Assembly (NCBI GenBank): GCA_973895155.1
Contig: OZ316895.1
Span: 18,774,508 to 18,838,507 of the forward strand
Reading direction: 5' to 3'
Origin: Marsupella aquatica
Taxonomy: Eukaryota; Plantae; Marchantiophyta
DNA length: 64,000 nt
This document shows, in pieces, positions 62,640 to 64,000 of this stretch (positions within the stretch are counted from its first letter, which is position 1; every line of letters starts with the position of its first letter). Made by a program: the position numbers and the translations under genes. The notes under the pieces are model-generated. The model made no database searches, had not been told where the DNA came from, and saw only the letters and a list, made by a program, of their open reading frames with translations.

Positions 62640-64000
62640 ATGGGATCTGGGTCGCCAAACCATTCCCAGTCCTTAGAGTCATCGTATTCCAGTTGTGTTT
62701 CAAGTCGAAGAGTAACTCAATCCATAGCGCAATATCCTCTCAGTCAAGTTGAGCTTCCTTGTCCAAAACCGAGGCAATTGAAAATGGAACATGTTGGTGA
62801 GTTTGCCATTTAGAATGTCGATGACATTGAGAAATCGGTGGTCAATGTCATTGAAAAGCACGTGATGTCATTTGGAGTTGATGCAAATGGGTTACCAAAG
62901 GAGCCTCCAAGAATTCCTTTATGTCATCTTGTTCACATGGAGGTTGTGCGCACTCTTCAGAGGAACAGTCAATCGATTGAGAAGCTGAAGGACTCGTTTC
63001 GGACATCTGGATACAATTCGTCCATTGGCATGCGCTTTTTTGTTCAGCCATCCAACGTTGAAGGTAATCCGCAAATTTGTACAAATGAAATTTTGGGCAC
63101 TTGGGATCCTCTTTAGATCATGGAGAACCAATTGTTCGAAGCGGAATGTGAATCAGACCCCGCTTTCCACGTCCTCAAGGACAAAATGTTCTATGTTTTT
63201 TATGGAAATTATCGGCTGTTTTCGTGGACTCAAGTCAAAAATGAGAGTCCAGAGAATCCTAAGTATCATCCTCGCGTGCAATGCACAATTTTCAAAGGAG
63301 ACAAGGCATCAATCATCAAGATTGAGGCAACGATGCATATTGTTAACCAGTGAGTTTTCTTTCACCACCGACTACTCTTCCCAATTTTGATTGTTTCCCT
63401 TTGACAATTTCTCCCTTTTTTCAGGTTGTATTGTTAGGTTAGCGCCAGGCGCTATTTCTAATGTCCTAATTTTCATAGGACGGGACAGGCAGTGGTAGAG
63501 TCTTCTTGGATTTTGGATGCGGACAGAATCAGGAGGATTTTGGCTCATGATCTTGAGTACTACAAACCCATAATTGATGAGGCAAATTATGCAAAATTTG
63601 AGAAGATAAGGAAAGGAACCCGAAAGGGTTTGTGGTTTACCAAGAAGATGCCGATGGAGGTGTTGGTATACATCTTGTGTGAAAACAAGATCAAATCATA
63701 CTCGCAGCAATTTCAGGTGATGACGAACCAGGCGAGCAGTTCCGGCGCTCCATGGTTGGTCGAAGAGACGAATCTTTGTCACAGTCAGATGATGAAGGAA
63801 GCCACTAAGGAGTGGACTGTGAAAACTCCGAAGCTCACTTCCTTGCTGAGCCCAGAGTTTGAAGATTTCATGGACACTTGCGCTGAGATGTATTGTCTTA
63901 CAGATCGACTCAAACGTGTAAAGGTCCCTGAAGCTGTATTCTGCACTACGGATAGAGCTCGCTTGTTCACTGCCAATTCGGCATTAGATCCAAAATTGCA
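62640..64000 (+). pseudogene. MULE-C homologue of the ParB-methyltransferase gene (5' part; runs off the window)
   Basis: PPRIPLCHLVHMEVVRTL...KMFYVFYGNYRLFSW...KYHPRVQC; the same first intron position and divergent arrangement as in MULE-B. Confidence 0.8.

Larger units (their letters stand above)
41416..63454. promoter_or_regulatory. Dispersed 15-bp palindrome TAGCGCCNGGCGCTA (>30 copies) in the non-coding DNA of the MULE family
   Basis: Examples near 42006, 42156, 43815, 43999, 46238-46690 (6 copies), 47812, 49222, 49282, 51213-51793, 54098, 54121, 57929, 59632, 59701, 59770, 61964-62400 and 63440. Confidence 0.85.

Overview
Eukaryotic, entirely transposon-derived window with spliceosomal introns and no recognisable host gene. 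It is probably from a non-seed land plant such as a fern or bryophyte (inference from the TE families). TSD and TIR logic resolves a six-layer nest: a Mutator-like element (MULE-A) > a CACTA element whose right end is at 38910 > a 4.7-kb protein-coding TG..CA element (6597-36805, TSD CCAAG) > a CACAA-ended CACTA element (13148-36133, TSD CTT) > two more 4.7-kb TG..CA elements > a young two-ORF LINE with (CATTAC)n tails (8 fragments, 7 tails). Most notable: (1) a MULE family that carries, divergent to its transposase, an intron-containing ParB/Srx-like + N4C/N6A DNA methyltransferase-like fusion gene, and whose non-coding DNA has >30 copies of the 15-bp palindrome TAGCGCCNGGCGCTA, also retained in a 340-bp MITE; (2) a CACTA element whose transposase N-terminal exon can splice in frame either to a SET-domain exon or to the DDE transposase; (3) giant coding solo-LTR-like elements; (4) LINE 5' inversions and a LINE split between two sites. 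All domain calls come from motif recognition by eye; no database searches were run.
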